A DNA stretch of 59,049 nt from Bacteroidia bacterium. GTDB lineage: Bacteria; Bacteroidota; Bacteroidia; NS11-12g; UBA9320. How positions within the stretch are numbered: the stretch's first letter is position 1; every line of letters starts with the position of its first letter. The translations under genes were made by a program, and so were the position numbers. The notes below the pieces were generated by a model, which was given only the letters and a program-made list of their open reading frames with translations, was not told the origin of the DNA and did no database searches. The stretch covers positions 1-59,049 of the forward strand of contig JBLHHI010000002.1 in NCBI GenBank assembly GCA_047614125.1, given 5' to 3'. Below, piece by piece: positions 46,070 through 55,896 of this stretch.

Positions 46070-47167
46070 ATGGATTTGAAGAAGAAGGTTGTACTCTTTA
46101 CACCGGAATTTCCTCCCTTTCGCGACTCCGGAGGCATTGGAAATCATGCACTTAACTTAGCAAAACAATTAACGGCGCAAGGCCACGCAGTTACGGTTGT
46201 AACCGAAACTCGCCACCTAAAAGAAAATCCTTATTCCAACTCTGGCATGCGGGTTGTTTTTGTTCCAAGAAAATCGAACATTGTTTTTACCATTATTGGC
46301 CGACTCAATAAGCTGCTCAGTGTATCAAAAAAAAATGATTTGGTGATTTGTTCCGGCAAGTTCCCACTGTGGACAGCACCCATTCTTCGATTTCGTTTTT
46401 CAAAAAAAAAGTACATAGCCATTTTGCATGGTACCGAATTAGATGCTCGAAATCCAGTCAAAAAATGGTATACCAATTATTGTCTTACTCTTTTCGATAA
46501 ATTAGTATCTGTTTCTGGCTATACCGCTCAATTTATTCCAAAAAAATTATTAGATAAAGTAACAATCATACCCAACGGCGTTGATTTAGAGGTAGATAAG
46601 ACACATCAGCTCATTCAAGACAAAATCTTAACCGTTGGATCAACCAGCCAACGAAAAGGGCAGTTGAATGTGGTTCACGCACTTCCATCCTTGCTAAAGT
46701 CATATCCTAACGCACATTACTACATGATTGGATTGGAAGGGTATAAGGAGAAAATTGCGTCCAAAGCCGAATTGCTGTACATTCCCGATCATTGCCACCT
46801 GCTTGGTAAGTTGAGCGATGCAGAAATGTACGAACAATATCGTCAAACTGAAGTATATATGCTTCTTTCCGAACACACATCAGACGGAGACTTTGAAGGC
46901 TTTGGCATTTCGGTGCTCGAAGCCAATTACTTTGGGGTTCCGGCCATTGGTTCAAAAAATTCTGGAATTGAAGATGCCATTGAAGATGGTAAGACGGGAA
47001 TTTTAGTCGACCCGCATCAACCCGAACAAATTTTGTTAGCTTATAAAACTATTAAAGAAAACTACAACTTCTTTTCAGAAAATGCCTTGAACTGGGCCGA
47101 GAAGCATCATTGGTGCAAAATTGTAAATCGGTATCAAGAAGTGATCGAATCGCTTTATTCAAGATAA
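46070..47167 (+). CDS. GT4-family glycosyltransferase
   Basis: GGIGNHALNLAKQLTAQGHAVTVVT at the N-terminus. FEGFGISVLEANYFGVPAIGSKNSGIEDAIEDGKTGILV at the C-terminus. Confidence 0.85.
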   Translation: MDLKKKVVLFTPEFPPFRDSGGIGNHALNLAKQLTAQGHAVTVVTETRHLKENPYSNSGMRVVFVPRKSNIVFTIIGRLNKLLSVSKKNDLVICSGKFPLWTAPILRFRFSKKKYIAILHGTELDARNPVKKWYTNYCLTLFDKLVSVSGYTAQFIPKKLLDKVTIIPNGVDLEVDKTHQLIQDKILTVGSTSQRKGQLNVVHALPSLLKSYPNAHYYMIGLEGYKEKIASKAELLYIPDHCHLLGKLSDAEMYEQYRQTEVYMLLSEHTSDGDFEGFGISVLEANYFGVPAIGSKNSGIEDAIEDGKTGILVDPHQPEQILLAYKTIKENYNFFSENALNWAEKHHWCKIVNRYQEVIESLYSR

Positions 47168-47171
47168 TAAT

Positions 47172-48863
47172 ATGAGTTATTTTGTTGGAATATCTTCCCT
47201 TGATTGTGACTCAACCGTCTCGATAATAAAAGATGGCAAAATTGTGTATTCCGCTCAAGAAGAGCGATTTAGCCGAATAAAACAACAAAGCGGTTTCCCA
47301 TACAAAGCCATACAGAACGGCTTTGATTACTTAAAAATAACGGTTGCTGATGTTGCCAGTATTTCACATGGATGGTTTACTCCAGATGAAGAAATCAAAA
47401 TGTACAAAAAGAGCGGGCACTCGGTGTTGAAATCGACCGGTTGGACCAAACGCCCTTTTCTTCCTACGCTGTTAAACCAACTAAACTTTAGACGCAGAGC
47501 TCAATATAAAAATCCTCAAACCTTTATAAGGTCTGAAAGAGATCTACAAAAAGGTTTGACGGATATAGGATACGAGAAGCCCGTGGCACGATTTCATCAT
47601 CAAGATTGTCACGCCGCATCTGCATACTACACCTCTGGCCACGATCGAACACTTATTTTTACCCTGGATGGATACGGTTCGGGTTCTTGTGGCGGTGTAT
47701 TTATTGGAGAAAACATGGAAGTAAAACCTTTGCACTATGTGAAGAGTCCTCAATCGCTTGGGAACATGTATGCACGGGTAACAAAGGCCTTGGGTTTTAC
47801 TCCCAACAGACATGAGGGTAAGGTTCTTGGTTTAGCGGCCTATGGCAACGCAGATGCACATTACGAGGAAATCATGCAAGACTTTGAGCTAACACCGGAT
47901 GGATATACCTATCACAACTCATTAAATCCGTGGATCTATAGAAAGATGTTTGAAACAGGTAAACGGGAAGATTTGGCTGCCTCATTTCAAAAAGTTTTAG
48001 AAACGGTTGTGGTTCACTTGGTTAAGCTATATGTTCAGAAAACGGGAGTTAGCAAAGTGTGCTTAGCCGGTGGAGTTGCCGCTAATGTTAAAATGAATCA
48101 ACGAGTTTTAGAAATTGATGATGTGTCTGAGCTTTATATTCACCCCGGAATGTCGGACGTTGGCTTAGGAACGGGCTCTGCCTTTTTAGATGCAGCCACT
48201 CATTACACCATAACACCCTATACGCTTACCGATGTTTACTTGGGTCCTAGCTTCAGCCAAAAAGAAGTTCAACACGCCATTGATCAATTTGATTTTGACT
48301 ATGAACAGCAGTCCAACATCGAAGAGCGAATTGCAGAATTGCTCGCCGAAGGCAAGGTTGTAGGAAGATTTATAGGTAGAATGGAATACGGCCCTCGAGC
48401 CTTGTGCAATCGAAGCATCTATGCTTCTGCACAAGATCCTGATATTAACTCATGGCTGAACGAGCGATTAAATCGAACGGAATTCATGCCCTTTGCCCCA
48501 GTTACCTTACAAAGCGAAGCGAATAACATGTACCATAACATCGATAAGGCTCAATACACCTCGCAATTCATGACAACAACTTTAGATTGTACGGATGACA
48601 TGAAGAAAATTTCTCCAGCGGCTGTGCACGTTGATGGCACAGCGCGACCACAATTGATAAATGCTACCAACAACCCGAGTGCACATAAAGTATTAACGCA
48701 TTATTTCAAATTAACCGGTATTCCCAATATTATAAATACCAGCTACAACATGCACGAAGAACCCATAATATGCACACCATACGATGCACTAAAAGCATTT
48801 GGCGAGGGACGATTGGAGTATTTAGCCTTGGATGATTTCTTGTTAAAATCAAAAGATATTTGA
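47172..48863 (+). CDS. NodU/CmcH-family carbamoyltransferase
   Basis: The N-terminal GISSLDCDSTVSIIKDGKIVYSAQEERFSRIK and the C-terminal YrdC/Kae1-like region (NTSYNMHEEPIICTP) are typical of O-carbamoyltransferases. 563 aa. Confidence 0.8.
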   Translation: MSYFVGISSLDCDSTVSIIKDGKIVYSAQEERFSRIKQQSGFPYKAIQNGFDYLKITVADVASISHGWFTPDEEIKMYKKSGHSVLKSTGWTKRPFLPTLLNQLNFRRRAQYKNPQTFIRSERDLQKGLTDIGYEKPVARFHHQDCHAASAYYTSGHDRTLIFTLDGYGSGSCGGVFIGENMEVKPLHYVKSPQSLGNMYARVTKALGFTPNRHEGKVLGLAAYGNADAHYEEIMQDFELTPDGYTYHNSLNPWIYRKMFETGKREDLAASFQKVLETVVVHLVKLYVQKTGVSKVCLAGGVAANVKMNQRVLEIDDVSELYIHPGMSDVGLGTGSAFLDAATHYTITPYTLTDVYLGPSFSQKEVQHAIDQFDFDYEQQSNIEERIAELLAEGKVVGRFIGRMEYGPRALCNRSIYASAQDPDINSWLNERLNRTEFMPFAPVTLQSEANNMYHNIDKAQYTSQFMTTTLDCTDDMKKISPAAVHVDGTARPQLINATNNPSAHKVLTHYFKLTGIPNIINTSYNMHEEPIICTPYDALKAFGEGRLEYLALDDFLLKSKDI

Positions 48864-49807
48864 AAAAGAACTACTTCAGACTGCGCAAATGGACTGGATT
48901 GGACCGGCTTTCTGAACTAGGGCTGGCGAACTGTTTACCCTTTGTTTTGTGTTATCATGAGGTAGATCAAAAACAGCTGAAAAAACAAATCGAATATTTA
49001 AATCAGAACATAAGGGCCGTTCATATCGGTGAGATTTTGTCGGCAGCCAAAGGCACGTATGCGGTAACTGTGGATGATTGCATCCATAAAGACGTGACAG
49101 ATTCCGCTTCGGTTTTTATTGAAAATCAAACTTCAGCATCGTACTACCTGCCTTATGATTATACAGATGGAAAATCTACCCTTTGGCATATTAAGCTTCT
49201 ACAGCTTTGCAATCATTTAACTTCAATGGAAGTAGACTCGGTGATTTACGTGATGCAAACAAAAAAACAAAAACGGAAGGCATTTGATCGGTTAAATCAA
49301 GTTTTTTATAACTCTGGAATGCAACCGCAAGATTTGCAAAAAAAAATCAAAAATCTTGCCATTGAGCATAATTATACTATGGATTTGATTACTCCGGATG
49401 AGATGGTAATCAGTAGGGATCAAATCCGAACTCTATCATCCAATCCGCTCTTAAACTTCGAGTCACACACGTTGTCACACCCCTTCCTTCATAGATGTAC
49501 TGAACAAGAAATAGCTCGAGAATTGGAAGGTTCTAAAACAAAAATTGAAGCACTCACACAGCAAAGTGTTCGTTCGTTGAGTTATCCATATGGCTCGCTT
49601 GATATAATTGGTAATAAAGCTCCACAAATCGCTACTAAGTTTTATTCAAACGCAGTGACACTTGTTGGAGGGGTGATCACCAATCGCACTATGCCATTTT
49701 TAATACCAAGAATTGCCATTTACCCAAAAGATGATTTGAATGTGTTTAAATCCAAAATATTTCATTATCAAAACCTTGCAAGAGCCAATGCCCTTTTCGG
49801 AAGATAA
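48860..49807 (+). CDS. polysaccharide deacetylase (CE4-like)
   Basis: TTGA overlap with the previous stop. It contains YAVTVDDC (TxDD-type motif) and FESHTLSHPFL (HxxxH). Confidence 0.65.
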   Translation: MKKNYFRLRKWTGLDRLSELGLANCLPFVLCYHEVDQKQLKKQIEYLNQNIRAVHIGEILSAAKGTYAVTVDDCIHKDVTDSASVFIENQTSASYYLPYDYTDGKSTLWHIKLLQLCNHLTSMEVDSVIYVMQTKKQKRKAFDRLNQVFYNSGMQPQDLQKKIKNLAIEHNYTMDLITPDEMVISRDQIRTLSSNPLLNFESHTLSHPFLHRCTEQEIARELEGSKTKIEALTQQSVRSLSYPYGSLDIIGNKAPQIATKFYSNAVTLVGGVITNRTMPFLIPRIAIYPKDDLNVFKSKIFHYQNLARANALFGR

Positions 49808-49821
49808 TTTCCAATCAAAAC

Positions 49822-50967
49822 ATGGTAACTAAATTGCTCATTATTTCTCATACTCCACATTATTTAGAAAACGATGTGGCGGTTGGTTGGGGCCCTACAA
49901 TTAATGAGATTAATTTTCTTTCCAATACGTTTACATCAATTACCCATGTTGCCTGTTTATTTAAAAACGTTGACGCGGCGGCTGGCAGCGTTGCCTATGT
50001 TACATCAAATGTGACCTTTAAAGCCATCCCCCCTTTTGGTGGAGAAAAAATAGTTGACAAACTTCGAATCTTTACCCTACTGCCAAAGATTCTTCGGGTC
50101 ATTAACAAAGAATTAAAAACGGCAACCCATGTACAAGTTCGTTTGCCAATGGGCCTTGGCAACCTCCTACTTCCCTACTTAACCTTCAAGAAGCGACGCT
50201 TCTTACTTTGGTTTAAATATGCTGGAAATTGGGATTACCCCAACGCTCCTTTGGGGTATCGCTTTCAAAAATGGTGGCTAAGCAATAACCTTTGTCGAGC
50301 TAAAGTTACTTTAAACGGGTTTTGGGAAAAGCAGCCGGAGCATTGCTACAGCTTTGAAAATCCAAGCTTGACAGACCTAGACATACAGAATGGAAAGAAG
50401 AATCTAGAAATGCTAGATTTCCAGCCACCGTATCGTTTCATTTTTGTTGGAAGGCTAATTCCATCAAAGGGCGTAGATCGAATCATTGAAGCCCTCAAAA
50501 CTGTTGATTTACAACATGTTGCTCAGATTACCTTCGTAGGAAACGGACCGGATGCAAATCGATATAAGGAAGAAACATCTTTTTTGAAAGACAAAGTGAA
50601 TTTTCCGGGATTTTTGCACAAAGATGCGATTCACGCATTACTGCGTAAAAGTCACTTTCTTTTGCTCCCTTCAGATTCTGAAGGCTTTCCGAAAGTAGTA
50701 ACCGAGGCGGCGTGCTATGGCTGTTTATCTCTTGTAACATCAGTTTCTGCCATTCCGCATTATGTAAAACACCAGATAAATGGCTTTCTATGGGATATGA
50801 ACAACGGAGCAAATTTTGGCACACTCATCAATCTGGCTATGCAATCGGATTCGAAAGACTTAAAAGAAATGTCTCAAAACGCGCATACTATGAGTACGTC
50901 GTTTACTTTTGAAAATTACCATCGCAAGCTGGAGGAAGAAATCTTTGCGAATAACACAATAAAATAG
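49822..50967 (+). CDS. GT4-family glycosyltransferase
   Basis: FIFVGRLIPSKGVD...SEGFPKVVTEAACYGCLSLVTSVSAIPHYVKHQINGFL. Confidence 0.8.
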   Translation: MVTKLLIISHTPHYLENDVAVGWGPTINEINFLSNTFTSITHVACLFKNVDAAAGSVAYVTSNVTFKAIPPFGGEKIVDKLRIFTLLPKILRVINKELKTATHVQVRLPMGLGNLLLPYLTFKKRRFLLWFKYAGNWDYPNAPLGYRFQKWWLSNNLCRAKVTLNGFWEKQPEHCYSFENPSLTDLDIQNGKKNLEMLDFQPPYRFIFVGRLIPSKGVDRIIEALKTVDLQHVAQITFVGNGPDANRYKEETSFLKDKVNFPGFLHKDAIHALLRKSHFLLLPSDSEGFPKVVTEAACYGCLSLVTSVSAIPHYVKHQINGFLWDMNNGANFGTLINLAMQSDSKDLKEMSQNAHTMSTSFTFENYHRKLEEEIFANNTIK

Positions 50968-50971
50968 AAAA

Positions 50972-52372
50972 TTGTTAAGGGATTATTTATATCAAAAATT
51001 TGAATATCTGATTGTTTTTCACGCAATCTTAGGAGGTTTGATCTTTTTATTTCCGGTATTAGGTACGGTGTATTCCATTCTTATTTTCTTTGTGTTTCTT
51101 GGCTTGATTCTGAACTCACCCAAGCCCGTTGCGCATCATTATGCGGGATATTTGGTTGCGGCGGAAATTCTCTTCAGGGTTTCGCGTTCAAGTATATTCT
51201 ACGAATTCGGAAAATACTCGTGCATAGTCGTGCTTTTGGCCGGAGTCATTAAAAGTAAAATTTACAAACGTAAAAATTTCACCTTCATTTTCATACTATT
51301 TCTATTCGTTCCTTCACTGTTGATCAGCGATTTGTCAACCTTTTCGAGGCATTTAGATCAAATTTCTTTCTACTTTTCTGGAATTTTGTTGTTGATTATT
51401 TCGGTTGCTTACTTTAGAAGCATAGCACTGGAACCTAGGGATTTTCAGACCCTGTTGCGCTTTATGATCTTACCTTATATATCTACAGTGGTGTACTTAT
51501 TCTTAAGTTCAAGCAGCATTATTGATATGGAGTTTACCTTGGGGGCCTCCGCGGAAGCTTCGGGTGGGTTTGGGCCAAATCAGGTGAGTACCTCACTTGG
51601 TTTGGGTGCAATTGTTGCCTTTCTTCTTTTTCGAGATAAAATCACGATCTTTAATTCCAAAAACTTCATTTTAATCATCATAGCGCTCATCGCCTTACGT
51701 GGATTAATAACTTTTTCTAGGGGTGGGATGTTGGGTGCCGTTGGAGCTTTTGCGCTGGTTTTGTTCATGGGAAGATCTTTTACCCGAAAAAGGAAAAGCC
51801 AAATCAAAATACTCCCGGCCATTCTATTTGTTACTGTTCTTGGAGCCATTACCTATTATGTGAATGACCAAACGGGTGGCTTGTTGAGTCTCCGCTATCA
51901 AGGCGAAACCGTGGATCACTTCTACTACGGCACAAATAAAGGCCCTAATATGTTTACAGGTCGGGATATAATATGGCAGCAGGAATGGGATATTTTCCTC
52001 GATAACCCAATATTGGGAGCCGGAGTCGGCATGAGCAGTTTCATTCGGTCAACGGATGGGTTTTCATCCGCTTCGCATACTGAGTATTCTCGGCTCATTG
52101 CAGAACATGGAATGGTTGGTTTGTTAATGAATTTTTTGCTGATTATGCTTCCAGTTAGTCGTTATCTGTATTTCAGGAAAAGAAAATATCGGTCAGACTT
52201 ACTGGTTGCCTTTGCCTTTTTAGCCTTGTTTACAATGGGCCATAGTGCCATGAGATTGTCGATACCCGGCTTTCTATTTGGACTCTCTCAAGTCGTTTTT
52301 CTCCCAACAGTTGCTGCTTCCATTGAACCAGAGCCTAGCGAATCTTCAGAACAAGTGCCAATAACAACCTAA
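50972..52372 (+). CDS. O-antigen polymerase/ligase-family membrane protein (Wzy-like)
   Basis: 466-aa polytopic protein. It has the Wzy_C-type loop ...RGGMLGAVGAF... and a periplasmic loop SASHTEYSRLIAEHGMVG. Confidence 0.7.
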   Translation: MLRDYLYQKFEYLIVFHAILGGLIFLFPVLGTVYSILIFFVFLGLILNSPKPVAHHYAGYLVAAEILFRVSRSSIFYEFGKYSCIVVLLAGVIKSKIYKRKNFTFIFILFLFVPSLLISDLSTFSRHLDQISFYFSGILLLIISVAYFRSIALEPRDFQTLLRFMILPYISTVVYLFLSSSSIIDMEFTLGASAEASGGFGPNQVSTSLGLGAIVAFLLFRDKITIFNSKNFILIIIALIALRGLITFSRGGMLGAVGAFALVLFMGRSFTRKRKSQIKILPAILFVTVLGAITYYVNDQTGGLLSLRYQGETVDHFYYGTNKGPNMFTGRDIIWQQEWDIFLDNPILGAGVGMSSFIRSTDGFSSASHTEYSRLIAEHGMVGLLMNFLLIMLPVSRYLYFRKRKYRSDLLVAFAFLALFTMGHSAMRLSIPGFLFGLSQVVFLPTVAASIEPEPSESSEQVPITT

Positions 52373-52376
52373 CCAA

Positions 52377-53399
52377 ATGACCAATTCTGCTGTAATAGCT
52401 GGTAACTTCTTTGTAGGAAAAAATAATGTTTTGACCCAAGGTCAAATATTGGCAGAAGCGTTAGCAAAAAAAGGGGTTCAAGTATATGTGGTGTCTAAGG
52501 TTAAACGTAAAATTTTAAGATTATGTGATTTCTTTTTCAAGATCGTCTTATATCGTTTTAAAACAAAGACCATTGTTGTACAGATGTACAGCGGGCCAAG
52601 TTTAATTCAACAATATGTGGTGATTCTTTGTTCAAGAATGCTAAATTACAGAGTTTCCGCAACCTTACACGGAGGTGCTTTTCCTCAAAGGATGAACATA
52701 CATCCAAAACGATATCGATTCATTTTAGGCCTTTGCCATGAACTTACCGTGCCCTCTGGATTTATTCAAGACTTTCTTAAAGGTCATCAATTAAGTGCTC
52801 AGGTGATTCCGAACATAATAAACCTTTCAGATTATCCATTTAAAGCAAATGAAAGTCAAAAATCGAGACAGATCTGGTGGATGCGAGCATATCATGACAT
52901 TTACAATCCAGCCTTGGCTGTGGACGTTTTAGAGGCTTTAAACAAATCGAGTGATGTGAAATTCAAAATGGTAATGTGCGGTCCGGACTTAGGGGAATAT
53001 AACGCAATTAGTAAACGCATTGAAGCCAAAAAATTAACCAGTTTCATTTCACAATTACAACGAATCGAATTGGATCAAAAAATTAAGCTTGCAGAAGCAA
53101 GCGACCTGTATTTATGCACAAATCGTATTGACAATGCTCCGGTATCCTTAGTGGAAATGATGGCGCTTGGTTTGCCTGTAATCTCAACCAAGGTAGGTGG
53201 GATTCCATTTTTAGTACAACACAAAGTATCGGCTATGTTGGCCATAGAATCAGCTGAAGAATTGGCGAATTGTATTTTAGAGCTTTACGCCAATGAGGAG
53301 CTCTGGGAAAATTTGAGAACGAATGGCTTGCTGATTGCACAAAAACACGATGAGGAACAAGTGGTTGAACAATGGTTAAACCTTTTTTCAGCTCAATAA
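52377..53399 (+). CDS. GT4-family glycosyltransferase
   Basis: The C-terminal part is DNAPVSLVEMMALGLPVISTKVGGIPFLVQHKVSAML. 340 aa. Confidence 0.75.
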   Translation: MTNSAVIAGNFFVGKNNVLTQGQILAEALAKKGVQVYVVSKVKRKILRLCDFFFKIVLYRFKTKTIVVQMYSGPSLIQQYVVILCSRMLNYRVSATLHGGAFPQRMNIHPKRYRFILGLCHELTVPSGFIQDFLKGHQLSAQVIPNIINLSDYPFKANESQKSRQIWWMRAYHDIYNPALAVDVLEALNKSSDVKFKMVMCGPDLGEYNAISKRIEAKKLTSFISQLQRIELDQKIKLAEASDLYLCTNRIDNAPVSLVEMMALGLPVISTKVGGIPFLVQHKVSAMLAIESAEELANCILELYANEELWENLRTNGLLIAQKHDEEQVVEQWLNLFSAQ

Positions 53400-54797
53400 A
53401 TGAGTGGATTGTCTAAGCTTTACGGGAAACTGCCGGTTTGGATTCAAAACCTGGGTATATCAGCATACGGCCTCTATTGGAAACACCGAAGATTTGGTGG
53501 AACTTTTAAGAAACAATGTAAAGATTGCACACAGCGTGAAACATTTAGTCATCAAGAATGGCGGTCTTATCAGACAACAGAATTGCAAAAAATGCTCAAA
53601 CACGCCTTTGAACACGTACCATTTTACAGCAATTCACTAACCGCTGCAGGATACTCGCTTGATAAACTTTCATCTTTGAAATTAAACGAGATCGCAAAAC
53701 TTCCTTATCTTGAAAAACATGATCTTAGAAAATATGGTAAAACAACCCTACTTGCCGATAATCTAGATAAAAATGGTTCGTTTTATTCGAGCAGCGGAAG
53801 TTCCGGAACACCTACGCAAATCTATTATTCAAAAACCATGCATCGAGCTTGGTCTGCTATTTTCGAGGCACGCATTCGCTTTTGGGCTGGGATTACAAGA
53901 TTTTCAAGTCGAGGAACCATTGGAGGTAGAAGGGTTGTAGAAGAAGGGCCGAGTTCCGGTCCATTTTATCGATTTAACTTGGTTGAAAAACAAGCGTACT
54001 TCTCGGCATACCATATTGCACCTCAGAACATTCCAGATTATATAGAAGGCATAAAAAAGCACGAGCTTAGCTACATGACTGGCTACGCCATGAGTAACTT
54101 CATCCTGGCCCGCTTTATTGAAGATGCGGGGTTAAAGGCTCCCAGATTGAAAGCTGTTATCACTTCAAGTGAAAAACTCACAACCGAAATGCGCGATACT
54201 TTCAAACGTGTATATGAATGTAAGACCTATGATTCTTATAGCGGTGTTGAAGCATGTGGCCTTATTTCGGAGTGTGAACACGGTAGGTTGCATGTTTCTC
54301 CAGATGCTGGAATAATTGAAATTATTAAAGATAACGGAAAAAGTGCGCAACCTGGTGAATCGGGTGAAGCTATCTGTACCGGAATTCTCAACTTCGATCA
54401 ACCGTTGATCAGATACCGAATTGGCGATTTTGTAAGACTCGCTAAAGATCAGACATGTCCCTGCGCTCGAAACATGCCCATTATTGATGAAATTATAGGG
54501 AGAACCGAAGACATCGTTACTGGACCTGATGGAAGGCAGATGGTTCGATTTCATAACATTTTCACCAACCTAGATTCGATTATAGAAGGTCAGATAATTC
54601 AAGAAACAGCCTCCGATTTTGAAGTGAAGGTCGTTACATCCGGAGAGTTGACTGAAGCAGTTAGCGCGGAACTCACTAATAGAATGAAATCACAACTTGG
54701 GGATGTTTCCATTAAAATTGTTCCTGTTGAACTCATTCCGCGCAACATAAATGGGAAATTTAAAGCCGTTATTTCACATCTAAACAAAAAGAATTAA
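53400..54797 (+). CDS. PaaK / coenzyme-F390-synthetase-like adenylate-forming enzyme (CapK-like)
   Basis: Adenylation motif SSSGSSGTPTQIYYS with the overall PaaK-like layout. It starts 1 nt after the preceding stop. Confidence 0.7.
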   Translation: MSGLSKLYGKLPVWIQNLGISAYGLYWKHRRFGGTFKKQCKDCTQRETFSHQEWRSYQTTELQKMLKHAFEHVPFYSNSLTAAGYSLDKLSSLKLNEIAKLPYLEKHDLRKYGKTTLLADNLDKNGSFYSSSGSSGTPTQIYYSKTMHRAWSAIFEARIRFWAGITRFSSRGTIGGRRVVEEGPSSGPFYRFNLVEKQAYFSAYHIAPQNIPDYIEGIKKHELSYMTGYAMSNFILARFIEDAGLKAPRLKAVITSSEKLTTEMRDTFKRVYECKTYDSYSGVEACGLISECEHGRLHVSPDAGIIEIIKDNGKSAQPGESGEAICTGILNFDQPLIRYRIGDFVRLAKDQTCPCARNMPIIDEIIGRTEDIVTGPDGRQMVRFHNIFTNLDSIIEGQIIQETASDFEVKVVTSGELTEAVSAELTNRMKSQLGDVSIKIVPVELIPRNINGKFKAVISHLNKKN

Positions 54798-54816
54798 AGA
54801 CACAAACTGCCTTGAA

Positions 54817-55896
54817 ATGAAAAATATTATTACCGTAGTTGGAGCTCGACCACAGTTTGTTAAAGCTGCCGCGCTGTCTCGTGAGTTTAAAAAGCATTCG
54901 AGCATTGAGGAACTGATTATACACACTGGCCAACATTTTGATAAAAATATGTCCGAGGTGTTTTTTGAAGAAATGGACATTCCAAAGCCCGCCTTTCAGC
55001 TCGCCGTAAACAACGCCACCCATGGCGCCATGACGGGTAGAATGCTCATCGAAATTGAACACGTATTGCTGGATCAAAAACCAGATGTTGTTTTGGTGTA
55101 CGGCGACACGAATTCAACGCTTGCAGGAGCATTAGCTGCGCGAAAATTACACATTCCTTTAGCCCACGTTGAAGCCGGATTACGCAGCTTTAACATGGCC
55201 ATGCCCGAAGAAGTAAATCGCATCCTAACCGACCGGATAAGCAACCTTTTGTTTTGCCCAACGGATCATGCCGTGAATAACTTGAAAAAAGAAGGCTTTG
55301 CAGACTTTGACTCTCAAATTGTAAAATCGGGTGATGTGATGGAAGATGCGGTTCAATTCTATAAACAGAAAGCCTTATCAACTTCTCAGGTCTTAGCCAA
55401 AAATGGTCTGAAAGAGAACGATTATATATTAGGAACCATTCATCGAGCTGAAAATACCGACGATCAAAACCGATTGTTGGGCATATTAAACGCCTTTGAA
55501 GAAATGACTTCAGAACTGCCTGTGGTAATTCCAATACACCCAAGAACTCGAAAAATATTAGAGGGTTTGGGAAAAAACTGGAACATTCAATTCATTGACC
55601 CTGTGGGTTATTTCGACATGTTGGCACTCTTGAATCATTGCTCCATTGTGGTAACCGACAGCGGTGGACTTCAAAAAGAAGCCTTTTTTATGCGGAAGTT
55701 TTGTGTTACTACCCGAGATCAAACCGAATGGCTTGAATTGGTTGAAGAAGGATACAACTTTGTAGCAGGAGCTGATACTGACATAATTACAAATAATATT
55801 AAACGTTGCTTACAAAGCAAGTATCCATCTATTCAAAACTTATACGGCAATGGCCAAGCTTCCAGCATCATTTGCAACACCTTGTTAGCGCAATGA
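54817..55896 (+). CDS. wecB: non-hydrolysing UDP-N-acetylglucosamine 2-epimerase family (WecB/FnlC type)
   Basis: MKNIITVVGARPQFVKAAAL..., HTGQHFD, GDTNSTLAGALAA, HVEAGLRS, DSGGLQKEA. Confidence 0.85.
   Translation: MKNIITVVGARPQFVKAAALSREFKKHSSIEELIIHTGQHFDKNMSEVFFEEMDIPKPAFQLAVNNATHGAMTGRMLIEIEHVLLDQKPDVVLVYGDTNSTLAGALAARKLHIPLAHVEAGLRSFNMAMPEEVNRILTDRISNLLFCPTDHAVNNLKKEGFADFDSQIVKSGDVMEDAVQFYKQKALSTSQVLAKNGLKENDYILGTIHRAENTDDQNRLLGILNAFEEMTSELPVVIPIHPRTRKILEGLGKNWNIQFIDPVGYFDMLALLNHCSIVVTDSGGLQKEAFFMRKFCVTTRDQTEWLELVEEGYNFVAGADTDIITNNIKRCLQSKYPSIQNLYGNGQASSIICNTLLAQ

Noticed and set aside
55806-55892. N-terminal extensions of several ORFs in the track (10..96, 6807..6869, 10632..10712, 12551..12571, 16851..16895, 36270..36347, 40018..40068, 55806..55892)
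   Set aside because: The extensions overlap the upstream gene or lie upstream of a consensus -7 box. Internal starts give canonical signal peptides or conserved family N-termini, often with an ATGA stop/start overlap.
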